A stretch of DNA of 64,000 bases from positions 6,510,001 through 6,574,000 of the forward strand of contig NC_081332.1 in the NCBI RefSeq assembly GCF_022539665.2, read 5' to 3'. Position 1 is the first letter of the stretch, and every line of letters starts with the position of its first letter. Shown here one piece after another: positions 39,606 to 53,400 of the stretch. A program made the position numbers and the translations under genes. The stretch comes from Daphnia carinata (Eukaryota). The notes below the pieces were generated by a model. It saw nothing but the letters and a program-made list of their open reading frames with translations. It did not search any database and was not told the origin of the DNA.

Positions 39606-40716
39606 ATGAAAAATCTTCCGATCTGCCTCGTGATAGGAATTGATGGGAAAAAACCGGAAGATATTATTGAAGGTACGGTTAGAAACAACTTCTTTTGTAA
39701 TTGTAGAAAGTTTGTTCATTATTTTTACTACTGTTCGGTTTTGACAGGCATAGTTGGTTATCTGCCTTCTGTTTGTGAAGATGGTAAAGGATTTTCCTTC
39801 TATCAATGGGATATAACCAATAAATATTACAATGCATCAATTCATTTGTGCCGAATGACCACAAAAACAGCTATTGATGAAGACTTTGCCGAAAACATAA
39901 ATGCTTCAATAATCTTCTTTGACAGTGCTCAGGTATGAGCAAAACATATCACCAGACAATTTACAGATCACCAATAATGATTAAAATTTACTTTTATTTC
40001 TAGGAAGATGGATTGAAAAAAGCAGAAGAATGGATTCCATTTCTGAACGAATTTGATACTGGTGTTAACATACTTGTCTGTGAACAATGCTCTATTGAGG
40101 GAAATACGAAACATACCCCCAAAATTGTTGGTATGATACTAACAATGATGAATGTAATTTTTGAGTTGTGTTTTTCACACTATTGTGTACAGCTCAACAG
40201 TGGTGTATTCGTCATGGGTTTGAACTAGTGGAACTCAACCCTTTTGAAAAGCCTGATCCAGATGATGATTTTCCTGAAACACTAGGAATAGAAAGGATCA
40301 TACAAGCTCTGCATGCACATTCATGGCCAAACTTGGAATTAAAAAGTGAGCATTTTAACTTCAAAAGATAGTGAGTGCAAATTCGGGATATTTTGAACCT
40401 TACAGGTGGCGACAAGAGCCGAATGAATCATTTGAGCCGTTTGTTGCTGAGCGAAGACTCGGAGCAACCGAATGACCACTCGTCATCGGAAAACAATCTG
40501 GAAAGAGACCTGATAGTTGATCGTCAAATTAGTGAAGGAATCGATTCCTTTGAGGAACTTTTTCAAGCAATGTCCTTAATGAAAAGTCAAGCCAGTAGTC
40601 TTCAAGGGGCTGAAAGGAAAGCATATGCTGAGAAAATGACCATGGCATTTTGGCAAGCGATTGAAGGAAGCCCAGACGAAATCGAAGGACTCGAATCATC
40701 GGCAGACGAGGAGTGA
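39606..40716 (+). CDS. AAGAB: Alpha- and gamma-adaptin-binding protein p34, 5 exons
   Basis: Exons 39606-39672, 39748-39933, 40004-40129, 40193-40345, 40405-40716. Motifs [70 protein letters not shown]…[17 protein letters not shown]. Confidence 0.93.
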
Positions 40717-43700
40717 AAATGAAAACCCTTTCGTTCTTTTCTTTACTCCTGTTTGTTTGATTTTTCTTCTCGTTCATGTCATTCTTTTCCTAGCTATGCA
40801 ATCTCAAAGGAAAATGGTAAATCCGAAGCTGCTTTTAAACTACTTGTGTTGGCTGGAGGGAATGTCGCGAGAAGGAATTCTGTGGAACCAATGGTAATTG
40901 TATTTAACTTTGTGAATATCATGTTATGGTTGGCGAGCGGTAAACCATTTGTGAGTGAAAAATGGAAAATTTCACGTTTTGAATTTCTTCATTTATCATA
41001 CATGTTTAAAATAATCGTATAAAGCTCTATTATTCGCCCTCCTCCTTCTTCGTTTGACAAAATATTTACTTTAATGATTGACGAGAAATCAAGATCCATT
41101 GTAGGGCGTCACGACTCTCTTATTGTTGACCTGCTTAAATGCGTGTACGGTTGGGCGTAAACAATCAAGTTTACCAATATTTTACGAGTCTTATATGATT
41201 CTTGTCGCATGAATTTTTAGTTTTTAGCTTTTTTAGTCGCGGATAAAGCGAACTACATATACGCAAGTAATATGAAGAAAACGAGAGGAGTTTGGCTCAA
41301 AGGACCGAATTACACGATAGTAGTTGAGCATTCTTTACATTCCTTCCCATCTCATCTGTTATTCCCGTTTAGAAAGTTTTTTTTCTTTTCATGTTATCAT
41401 TTTGCCTGCATAATTGTTTTTGCAATAGAAAAGTTTCAGACTTGTGAAATTTTAAACCATGATCAACACACTTTTATTTACGGCGATACTCTTTCGTTGA
41501 GCGTAAAAAGTTTCTTTCCTACCAAATGGATTTCATGTTCAAGAAAATTCTGTGGAGTTTTGTATTGTTGGGTATTTACTGGGGAAAATAAAACAATCGA
41601 ATTCTTTTGACGGGCAGTCACGTTCCATTGGAGCTTGCCGGGTATTCACGGTAGGAGAGTCGCTTGAGTCATGTTGCGAAATACTTCTTAAAATGGAGCT
41701 CCGCTGTCTGTGGTGTTCCTATAAGGCCATAAAATTCTACCAGTGGGTATTTATTATAATTTTTGTAATTAATTTAAAACTAGAGTTCTACTGTCGGAGC
41801 GTTTCTAATGTCCCGGGAGTTCCACTAACAGGAGAGTTGTAATGGTAACGGAACTTTTGGTCGAATGCATTTTTAAAATTTCTAAATGTAGAGTTGTTGC
41901 CAATCCGTTGCTGTTGGCCTGCTCAGGTTGTGGTATTATAGACCTATCTCCGTGTAATTTAAATAACATGATGCGTAAGCTGAAAGAGTTTTATCCATTG
42001 TAAAAAGTAGAACAAGATTTTACTTTACTATGTTCAATGTGGAGAAACCAATGCGCACCAGTGAAGTTTAACCTCGTTACTCATATAATGCTTAATTTTG
42101 TTTAACCCTGCCCACATTCCTTGAATAATACAAATGAAAACAACGGAATGGTTAGCGTAAATCTAGCTTCAAACGTCTTCGGAAGCCGAATAAGCGAGCC
42201 TTGCTTTGATGAAGTTGTGTGTCGTGACTGTGATTGACTCTTTGACTGCTTGTTATCCTCCCTATTCTTGTAACATTTTCGATCAAAGATATAAGCTATA
42301 ATACCATACCATCGCATGATATTTTAGAGAAGTACCCCAGCTTTCCACAAGAAAACGTTTACTGGAATGCTGATAAAACATCGAGTACAAGGGTATTTAT
42401 AAAATTATGTTAAAGTTAAAAACGCATCTCTGTTCTAGCCTTATGCGTTATTGTCCATCTGCCTACGTTCTTCTTTGAACATTTCTATCGACATAAAAGG
42501 GATTATAATTACTCGGCCGATATAAAGAAACTACGAAGATGTATTTGGTTGAAAGATAGGATTAGCTGATGGAAGTAGAGAAACTCTTACATTCTTTCCG
42601 GTCTCATTTGCCATTCCATTCGGTAAGATTAATTTTTTTGTCTTGTTATTATCTTTATTTCTATTGGTAAAAGAAATGAAGATCTTTCAAAACACAAAAT
42701 TAACGCGTCTTCCGAATCGTGCTAATCTCTTTTGATAGGCATAGTAAGTATCTTTTCTATCAAAAGAAGTTCAGTTTTCCTGGAAAATCTTTTATCGTTA
42801 ATCCTGGAACAGAATAAACAATTTTAAGCTAGCATAGGTATATTGTGAATATTTTTAAAAAGTAAATTCCAGAAGTCTTTTTCCATCGTCCTAGAATGTG
42901 AAATCTCATTTCATTTCATTGCGTTTTGATCAGTTCTTTCTTTTTCCCTTTCTCTTTAAATCTCTTAATTTCGTTTATTTCTCCGTTCCGATTAAGATCA
43001 ATGCAATAAAATGCTATTGTACAAGGCTCTGGGCTTGTGTACAGTTTTAGCGACCATGATAAGGAAATGCGAAATTAGAAAAAGAACAAACGGTCCTTTT
43101 AGCTATATAAATAACTAAGTGAAATGGAAGCGCGTGTTTGACGTGTCTCCTCTATTTGAAACGCGAAAAGGAGAGCAAAGGCAGTCTCAATTTGCACTCA
43201 GCTGCAGTTTAACCGGTAGTTTAGCCGACAAACAAGTCACTTGGTATCACTGTTTTGCCTTTTATGTAGCGAAGAGTTGGCAATCAACCATGTGTGACTC
43301 ATTATTTCTTTTCGCACGAAAAAACAAGAAATTAAGCGTTTTATGCACGAAAATAAACATGAAAAAAATCTGACGTCATGGCCCATCTACGCACCAGCAC
43401 CAAACGGGGCTACAACTATTTTTTTCATACGATTAACAAATCATGTGCTAACGTAAAAGATCTCTGATGATGAACTGGCATGTGCGAATAGTAGTTTACA
43501 TATACTGTATTCCCTTTTATAACATTACGACTGAATCGCTCATTCCGGCCTTCTATGGACCCTGTCCGTGTGTTCCAGTTGCTTTACAATAAACTTCGTA
43601 TCTGTTGTACAGTGAACTTTGTGCATTCGTCTTTTCTACTTCACATTGGCATCAGCTGTAAAACTAGTTTTTGCTTCACTTCGCTTTATTGACATCCTAC

Positions 43701-46700
43701 CGGCTATCGTAATACAATCGAAAGCAATTTCTTAATTATTTTTTTTTTTATATTTCCGCATTTGCATCGTTTGATTAATTTCAACGAAGGAAAAAATAAA
43801 TCCAATTTGATACTACCGCGGTTTTTTTATTTGCAAATAAAAACCGTGCTCGAGTTGATGCAATTCCGTACATTGAAGTAAACGGTACATGGATGTTTTT
43901 CACATCTTAAGGTAATGAAATGTTTCTAACGAACCCATTTGGTGTCTTTTTTTACAAGCTAGACTATAAATGTACTATATCGCCTCATTGAATGCGTTTT
44001 AAACTTTCTTTTAATCTCTTATATCCTTTGTCTGCTTCCGGTAGACGCATTGAGCACATATATACACACAACAGACCGATTGCTACTGAGCAGCCTACTT
44101 CGACCAGAATTATGCTGGCACGCCGGAATGGTGACGTTTCCATCATCGCACAGCTAAACATGGCGTCTAGTTTACTCAGGATAATGCTGTGCCATTTTTT
44201 TAAGATGTATAATTACGCAACACGTCAACATTTCGATGGAAGAGGTCTCGGAAAACCTTTTCATATTTCAAACAGAAGATAATTTCAGCGAGTCTCTCTT
44301 TGGGTAATTTAACGACTAAAAACTGATAATTGACAACGAGCTGTTTGATTTGTTTCATCAATACTGGTCCTAAATCCGTTTTGAAAAGTAGCGTAATGAG
44401 TCAATCGAAAGAACGGGCACCAGTAGATAGCGCTTGGAAGTAGAACTACCAAAATGAATTGTGCAGAGCGGTACATTCAGCTGCAGCACGTTCGTGCGGC
44501 GTTCCTCCTGTCTTCAGGCCGAAAGAACAATACCGCCCTTTCTACTTTCCCTTCATCCCCTTCGTAGCTGTCGCTCTCCCTTTATGTTCATTTGGTTTCT
44601 CTTGTTCTATTGTTCGAACTGAAACCCTTCTTCATCCCTATTTTCCTTTTATTGGGCTCGAAGACAACTGGATGCTTTGGTTTCCTCCTTCTCTTTTTTC
44701 CCTTTTCAAAGAAGTAAGAACAAATGACTTGCGTCTACTTTTATCGCCACATTTCAGGGATACCAGCTGTTTAAAATAAATTGAAACAATTTCGTATGTT
44801 AATAAAAAACGATCGCTCTGTAATGCGAGGACGTTTCGAAAGTGAAGATGATGTAAGGATTTCACTATTTACCAGTGGTCATTTTTTGGCATAATCTAAC
44901 TCTCTAATTACATGTTACCTGTTTCTACGCAAAAGTTATACGTACACGGGGATACGTATGTGTAGATTCCATTACTTGTTGATTTGTACTTAGTGGCATA
45001 AGATAACAAAAAAAAATCGAACTGCATTACGAACATGGAGAATCATCGCATTGGATCATATGGCAAAACTTTTATACTGTGCACCGAAAAATACTAAAAA
45101 ATTACGAATGTAAATTTCCTTTAATCTGCGAGACTAAGATGATGCCAAAATCAATATCGAGCGAAAAGGAAACAAAGAAACCAGTTTAAAAACAAGACTA
45201 TATAGTAGCTATAGAATATAAAAGAATAAAATCAATGCATCGCGAAGCTAGACTAAATAAAAAACCAGAGCTCTACTTTTCGCAAAAAGCAATATTTCGC
45301 GTAGAAGTATACTTGTTCGCTGCTTCGAAAAAAACAACAACAATGTTTCCATACTGCGTTTCGTAGACTACATATTGCAGCTCTCACCTTTGTATTCGTC
45401 CCTATGGATACGTTCATTGAATATCATCATTCCAAACGGTTTCTTTTGGGCAACGTATGGGTGGGAATGTAAATCCAGCAATTTTATTATCGTCTGATTT
45501 GCATAAAATAGATGATCGTCTCAAATATCGATATGTTTTTGCGGGTTAAGGCACGCAAACCACGCGCTATTTCTTCTAAATTCATTATAAAAGAATTCGA
45601 AAAGCAATAAGCGTCGAGCGAAGGGACAATGGGCTTAATCTTCGAATATAAATACCGAGTGGGTGGCTGTATCACAGAACGAGCAAGCTGATAAAAAAAG
45701 GGATTCAGCTTTTCGCAACGTCATTAACATTTTACAAATTTCACGTAAAGTAATACTTCAAAAGATATACTCGTTTACTAACAAACGTGACTTTATTTGG
45801 GAGATTTATCTACACAGTAGTCATAACTCTAATCGTCGTTCTATTATTGGCCACCGTTTGTTCTAGCTTATTTATCTACGTCAACGCGGAAGTTGTGGCA
45901 GAGCAAACATATTAAGTGTTCCTTGTAGGAGTTCATGACAATTTAAGAAGCCATTTCGCAAAAGTGGGTAAATGCGGATGAAACATTGCAATGTTTTCCG
46001 GTTATTCTTTTATTTATGTACTTATATTTTTTTTTGTCTGCGCTGAGCCAGGTACTGTCTAATGTTTTATGTAATAGCTGACCCGTCCAACTGTTTTTTT
46101 TTGTCTATACTTCCATTTCGAGTCCTTACGTTATGTACTCAAAGCGTTGCTTTCTGTGTCGCGTTTGACTCATTATAGCGTAGAAAATGAGGAGGATGTA
46201 TCAATGCATCAGCCTCGTCTGTTAACATGCCGTTCTTCTATAGCAACACAAGTTTTTTCCCCTATTTGTTGGGAATAAAGGCTTTTGATGTGAGGGTCAC
46301 AGTTTCTTATACATACTTAGTGCTTCGGAGAGCTCGTTAGTAGGTAAGGAAGTATCTGCACGCTATACACGCAGAAGCTCATATTTTCTTCGTGTTCGTA
46401 GAAACACATCGAAGGCTGCAGTAGAGTTTGCAAAAAAAGAAAAATATATATATATAACTGAATGCTTGTGTTTTGCGTCAGTTGCACGCTGCAGTCTCAA
46501 GTGAAACATGCCATACATTAGAATATATAGAAGGCTACCAGCTTATTGATTATTGTGTGTTATATGCCGTGCACTACGCCATACTATCACTTTTTGTATC
46601 CTTTCGACATTTTCACTCACACTGCTAATGACGAAGATTTTTCCGTTGAAACAAAAAAAACTAGTAAGAAAAAACAAAACCAAACGAAACAATTTTTATT

Positions 46701-49700
46701 TTTTGTTGAAAATGCGGATCGTACCAAAGCTGAAATGCGATGAAAACTGTCTGCTTCGTGTCTGGTAAACATCATTTACGTGGGCCGTAGCTTTAGGGCC
46801 CGCTCTAGAACATACTTCCAATTAAATGTTTCCGATTGCTTCCTCGATCAACAGAAAATACGTATTTGCCAACCTCAAAAGTCTTTGTCATAATAATTCT
46901 AATTGGAACGTCATGCAAAATCATGATACGTTAGGTGAAGGACAAAAACAAAAGCTTCCAGTCAATCAAGAAAAATTCTGTCTACGTATCATCAAGTCAC
47001 GCTATTATATTCAACATTGTTTTGAATTTGATAACAAATGATTAGACTCTTGCGTCATTCCAATTCCATACACTTCAAATCACAAGAAAAAGAGGACGTC
47101 ATATGACGAAGAACATGGAAGCCTGTAATCCTGATTATCGGTAGAGGCAGTTCAACCAAACCTAATTGTCTTTTCTCGTGCTCAAGCAGTCTGTGATGAA
47201 CTTCAATTAAAAACGACATCACATGAAGAGAAAATTCTCGAGAAAACCAATGTCTCGACATCCTTGCAGAAATCTTTCATGAAAATGTGTAGCCCTATCT
47301 ACCATATATACAAGTTTTACACGTAGATGAACTGCAAATGAAAATGATTATACTCCTTCTATTATGACATTCATAAATACATAAGAAAGGTTCCTCCGAA
47401 TAGCCGCTGAAGGAGAAATCAAAGAGTTGAAGGGCTGCGTGCACAAACTGATATCGTATGCATTATACGTATACTGTATGATTGCAAATATGGTGGAAAA
47501 CGAGTGGACGCATGCAGGGAAGGTTTCCTACAGGAGCGTGCGGCGGAAATGTTGGCAGACGTGGTGAAGGGTGCCCGGCCGGGTAGAAAAGACCTATCCC
47601 CTATGTTGCAGCTGTCAGTATGGTTCAGACCATCGCCCTTAGTGCTGTGTGTGTTCGTCTGTGTCGTGCGCCCTCTTTGCTGAACGTCCTAGTGCAATGT
47701 CTCTGTAACAAGTTACCACTATATCAAAATCAACACTTTGACTTCAATTTGTTTGTCTAACCTGAAAACGGATGCGCGTAGTTCGTTATATGTGAATAAT
47801 TCTTTTAAATCGCGACTACGTAATTGTTCTATAGTCTTCACGAACAAAAAAAAAAACAAACGTCTGTTTTTGGATTTAAATTGGTGGCAATTGAAAGTGT
47901 CGTTTTGAAACCTACAACCATACCTTTACCCTTTTTTTTTCTTTAAACGAAGTGAGTTGATACGCCGACCTAGGCTTAATTGATTACTACATTTTCATCG
48001 TTTCACATAAAACTAGAGTGTGTGTACAACTACTGTAGGTTCTCAAAGTTTTCATATTAGTTGCATCAGATTAATTGCCTAGGCAACGGATCCACTCTTT
48101 TCGTATCGTTTGAAAGGAGAGGGCACCTAGATAAAGTGGTGTCAACGAGTTGAAAACATTTTGAATCTGAATTTTTCAAACCACTCGAGAACACTCGTAA
48201 CACGTAATGTGTAACACTTAATATTAAATGTATGGAAGAAAAAAAAACACTAAGGGTTTTATTCCAAACGTTTTTACAACAACAAAGGTTAGATAAATTA
48301 ACAGTTGTATTGCGCAGTCCTCAGAAACTTCTCACTCCTGTGATTTTCCTAATGAATATTTATTCGAATGGATTCAGACATTCGAATGAAAGACTTTAGT
48401 CCAGTTTGTCTTATATCACCTTATTATTATTATGATTATTCTACTGTATCAGCTAGCGGTGCCAACAGTGTCACGATAGGGCTAATGGATAGATACTTCA
48501 ACTAGGCCCACGAGATTCCGATATGGTCACATGCCTAAGGAATCATAAATATTCAATTCCATTGATTTTCTCCCAAACACTACGTACTAAATGTATCTCT
48601 AACGCTGAATGGAATTTGGAAAACGAGGACCCAGGATATTTCACCGTTTAAAAGCCGATCGCTACCTTGACCTGCTTATTCGTTTTCCTTGTTTCCCCCC
48701 CCCCCCCCCCTGTTTTATGGTTTCCACCGTCATTCGGTAATGAAACGAAGAAAAAAGAAAATGTCACTCGAATAAAAATAAAAAGGTACTATTCGATTGA
48801 CCTTGTTTTAATCGAAAATCAATTGTCACCCAAGCTGATAGTGGCTGGCACCAGATTTGAAGCTAACTGAATTGGCTAGCATTGTCGTGTGTTAGAGTTC
48901 CTCAAAGTTCTAAACATTCGCCATTCACCAGCCCATCTAAACGTTGGGGAAAAAGGCTCTCTAAAGTTGACGGTGAAGAGGGCCCGTTGACAAAAGGAAA
49001 CAACACTGCACACTAGAATGCCCTCTTCGTGGAAATAAAAAATGATCAATACTACTCGTTACTTTCTTCTCCTATAAACGTTAAGAGAAGATTTATATTG
49101 TCATCACATTGAACGAAAGTCGTGGAACGATTGAGTATAAGGTTTCGGATTACGAGTCGCGATGTTTTTCTGTTTTTTTTTTCCCCTTTTACCCCACTGC
49201 ATACAGTTCGCTATACTAGAAATGCGGTTCTTAGCAAGCCTACATATTGCATAGCTGTAGCGGAAGAACACGTCAGCGAAAAATTCCCTTCTTTTTTTTT
49301 CTGTCCAAAGAGTAAAGGATCCAATGACAGTAGGGTAGCACTGAGCGGCTTAGTCATCCCTCCCCCTCCATTCGGTAGCACTCGGACAAGCATCACAAGA
49401 GACAACTCCGATGAGGGGGGAGCTAGGTATATCCCACACATGATAGTACAGTGTTACTTTGGCTAGGCCTAGTTGGTATTGTCGTATTGCGCTGAACTGT
49501 GTATGGCACACAGTCGAGCGTTAATTGTTGCATTAGTTGTACTGTTAAGTTGGAAGTCATCATCCTGGCAGGGGACAAGACAAGCGAATACGGTATTTGA
49601 AACTTGACGTGTTTTAGGGACGGATAACCCCAAGTCACTTCATACGTGAGGCGGCAGTACCAGCCGTATACTCTTGGAACTTGATCTCGAAGCCAGGACG

Positions 49701-50285
49701 TGGGGACCTCATGACAATGTAATACTTGTTGTTGCTTTGCGCTTCGCATGTGAAAACCACAGGGTTATCACGAGGGGGAAACAAATTTTGTAATGACTAG
49801 ACAATGTTGAAAATAGTGGACTCGACAGGATGTCGTTGACGTTCACGTAAATAGATAGAAACGCTTTTTGTTGACGTTTCGGAAATGAGTGCCTAACACA
49901 TTGCTTTGGTGTGATCATTCGCAAATATTTGTTAGTCGTTCGTTATAGTTGTTGTCTAAATTATTCAAATGTCAGTTGATTTTTTCAGTCTCTTTAACTA
50001 AACAGACAGTTACCTGACAGAAACTAGACAGTATTTTTGTTTCGTTTTTAGCTTCATTGTGTTAGAAGCTTAATGACTGACAATTGGTTTCATTGCAGTG
50101 TTACAGACGTTGAGCGGATTCTACAATGTGTCCAAGGGTTAGGTGATTGCACCTGAGTAAAATGAACCTATTCGTCTTCAACTGCAAGCGATCGGACAGC
50201 ATTCGTCCACAAAAATCCACTGTGTGAATAGCACTTTGTCCTAGCGTCTGCTAACTGTGAACTGGAACTTCAGTGAAAGGAGCCG

Positions 50286-50442
50286 ATGTCGGCTAACATT
50301 AAACGCCTGGTTGTACACTATCGGTTGGACCCTCGACCGCCATCCAAAATGATACGACCAGCCACTCCAGTTTTCTTGTTATTTCTGTTGTGCCATTTCA
50401 CCAGTCAATCATTTGTGAAGGCCTCTTCACAAATGTCAGCAG
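50286..50442 (+). CDS. Probable first coding (signal-peptide) exon of a secreted or cell-surface protein continuing beyond the window
   Basis: MSANIKRLVVHYRLDPRPPSKMIRPATPVFLLFLLCHFTSQSFVKASSQMSA then strong phase-1 donor CAG|GTAAGC. Upstream acceptor ttacag at 50101-50106; Inr-like tcagta near 47615. Confidence 0.5.
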
Positions 50443-53400
50443 GTAAGCTTAATAAAGAATGAATTTCTGCTCTTTCGAGATGAATACATGTAAAAAGCGT
50501 TCTCGACAGACGCGTTTGTGCCTCCTACGCAAGAGTTGCATATTTAACTAAAGCAAAACAGTTCTAGCCGCACAGGGTGACTTCGTTTTTCAAATACAGC
50601 GCTGCACACAATGAATTTTTTAGTGCCCTTGCAATCTAAAGTGATGTGCACGATATTCGTTTACTATTACGTGACGCTCGACTGGAAAAGGCATCAATTC
50701 TGTTCTTGGATGAACTATTTTTGGCGCTGTTTTGCACGTCATAACGTCAGAGTCTTCTGTTGGTGCGCGCAGTATTTACAATGAAAAGAACACGAAAAAT
50801 CGACTTGTATGTGTGCATACTGACTTCTTATTAAACCATGTTGTTTTTTTCTACAAAATTATCGCATTAAAACACGTTACTCGAGCATCGCCATAAAAAA
50901 AAAGAAATATGACAATCGTATCCGGTCTTATCACCTGCGTTTCCACGTTTTCACCCATTTTTTCTTGTTAAATTTCTTTCTTGTGCACTTCAAAGTACTA
51001 GACAAGGTTATCGTACTGGCAAGCAAAAGCTACTATTTTTTTCAGAAAAAAACAAAATATAATAACGTAACCAATTAAAATGGTGGCCGAGGCGCTCGAT
51101 GCGTGTTGCAGACCGTTAAATCAAGCTGTCCCTTTGAGTACGTGTCCCACGATTCTAGTCATTCTTCTCCGTCCCTCTGCGACTTGATTCGATACGCTCT
51201 TTCTTTGAAAGACTACCGAGTTTTATGAGTTACCGCGTTAGATCACCCTTACGAGTATGAGGAAACAAAAACTTTCTTTCTTTCTTGCTTTTCACTTTAC
51301 TTTTTTCTCTTTTTAATAATAAAATGGATCCCATAAAGAGAGAAAAAAAAGGGGGTTTACGGAGCGTTTTTCAACGTCACTCGTAATTACACGTATACTA
51401 CCACGTTGTTATTTCATGTTCTGCATCGATAGTATACAACATTGAAGTTTGGGAACTTTCAGGTCGTATTTTATCTATGAGTATCAGCGTTCGTAGAGTA
51501 CTACAGTCATTTGGTAAGCAGAGAGAACTTTAGCTTGTTTAGCAGTAAACCTTTATACAACGCTTCAAGTTTTCGTCTCGGGAAGTCACTGTGCCATTGC
51601 AGATGTTTAACAAATTAATTGATAATGAAACATTTACAGAATACTATATATACTGGAGTAATATGATTTGCTAACAGTCATCTGACGCTATACTTTGTTC
51701 ATTATCCAATTAAGTATGTCAGATTGCGCTAAAATTCCAATGGTTTCTTACAAAACAATTGCTCAAATCGTACACATTGCCATTAATAAAAAAATAATAA
51801 TTCTAAAACAATCCAAGTAGTCATTAACCTCCCCTTCGTTGAGGAAGCAGTTCATTGTTTGTCATCGAGTCATTTTAGTGGCTTGGAAACAACATTCTTT
51901 CAACGCAGCCTGAAGGGGTATGACGTAATATAATCCGTCATGTCCGATTGGGACGTTGCCCGTCCAGACTGTATATAAGATCATTACTGTATAGATAGGA
52001 TGCAGGTTCCTGGCTCCAACATGCCCCATCGTTCGCGTTATTAATCAAGTTATAGTTGGCTTGATGTCTTTATTCAAGAGCTACGGCTATGTACTTTCTG
52101 ATGAGGAGAGGGTTGGCTCGAACCGCAGAGACCTAATATATGGCCAAACGAAACCCGAGCTGCTGATGTTTTATTGTTTGGTTTGATTACATCACATGAC
52201 TAAAAAATTGCTTGATAGATTCTATTAGTGCATCACATACGACCTGTCTTCCCATCATGTTCTAGTGTTTCTACATTTAGGTTTCTCCGACATTCTAACA
52301 CGCAACTCTATTAACGAAACAGGAAAATGTTACGGCATAACAATGCGGCATTGTCTCAGAAAAGAAAGTGGAAGCATCACATGGTTGCCTGCAGATAGAC
52401 GAACGTTAAAACCCTATGAGGGAGTCACTTGCGTATTAAAATCGATGTAGAATCGATAAACTTATTAGCACAAAGTGAAAACTCGAGCTACGATCAAATT
52501 AGTTGGTATATTGTTTTATCAAGCTGCCCTTGCATCGTCCTTTCAACGTATGTGAAAGAGCAATGCAAAATGTACGACATTTTTCATTCGTTCATTATTA
52601 TATATGTATTTGTTATTATTTCCATCATTACATTATTTCGCCAGTTGGGGATGCGTGCCTAGAATTAATAGTTACAGCAGTCGTTTAAACAATTTACATT
52701 TAACTGCTAGAACCGAGTTGCTCAGCAACTTCGCAGAACACGATAAATCATTAATTTAATAGACGACGCATAGTTCAGTATTCTGTCCACTTTGCGATGA
52801 AATGGCGTAATTTTGCAGCATTCGTCTTCGCGAGAAATTGGGCCCTAGCATGATGGTATATTTACTTTTTACGTTAGTGGTCCAGCTGAGTTTCATTCTG
52901 TGTCAAACGAATAAATCAACGAGAGGGATACTGCCCAACAGACCACATCTAATAGCCCCCCCCCCCCTCCCGCCTTTCCTTCGTCCAGTGCAAGCTGTTC
53001 ACTTTGCTATTTATGGGCCATGGCGTGGCTGCTGTCTCCTTCACGCAATAAATGCTTCACATTATAAATATCTTTCAACTTAAATACCCGAAGGAAGCCA
53101 GCAAACATTCCGTCTTACTATTTCTTTATTTACCACTTGCTAATCACGAATTACGGCCAACTTTATTGCAGTCCATTCTCAACAAAATTCCAATGGATTT
53201 AAGCCGAGGCATGGCCGTTATTGTCTTCGCTCCGACTTTTTTGGCTCAGCATTCTAACAACGTAAACGTTTCCCGTTTATTCCGTTTAAACGAACAAATT
53301 TTCAATGATTTACTTGTCTACTACAAGAGCGTAGTTCAGGTCATATCTTTAAATCATAAAAAACAGACCAGCTCAATAAAGAGGCGTTTGATTGAAAAGT

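Noticed and set aside
52105..52140. B-box/T-loop-like GGTTCGAGCC on the minus strand
   Set aside because: No A-box, acceptor stem or cloverleaf; not a tRNA.
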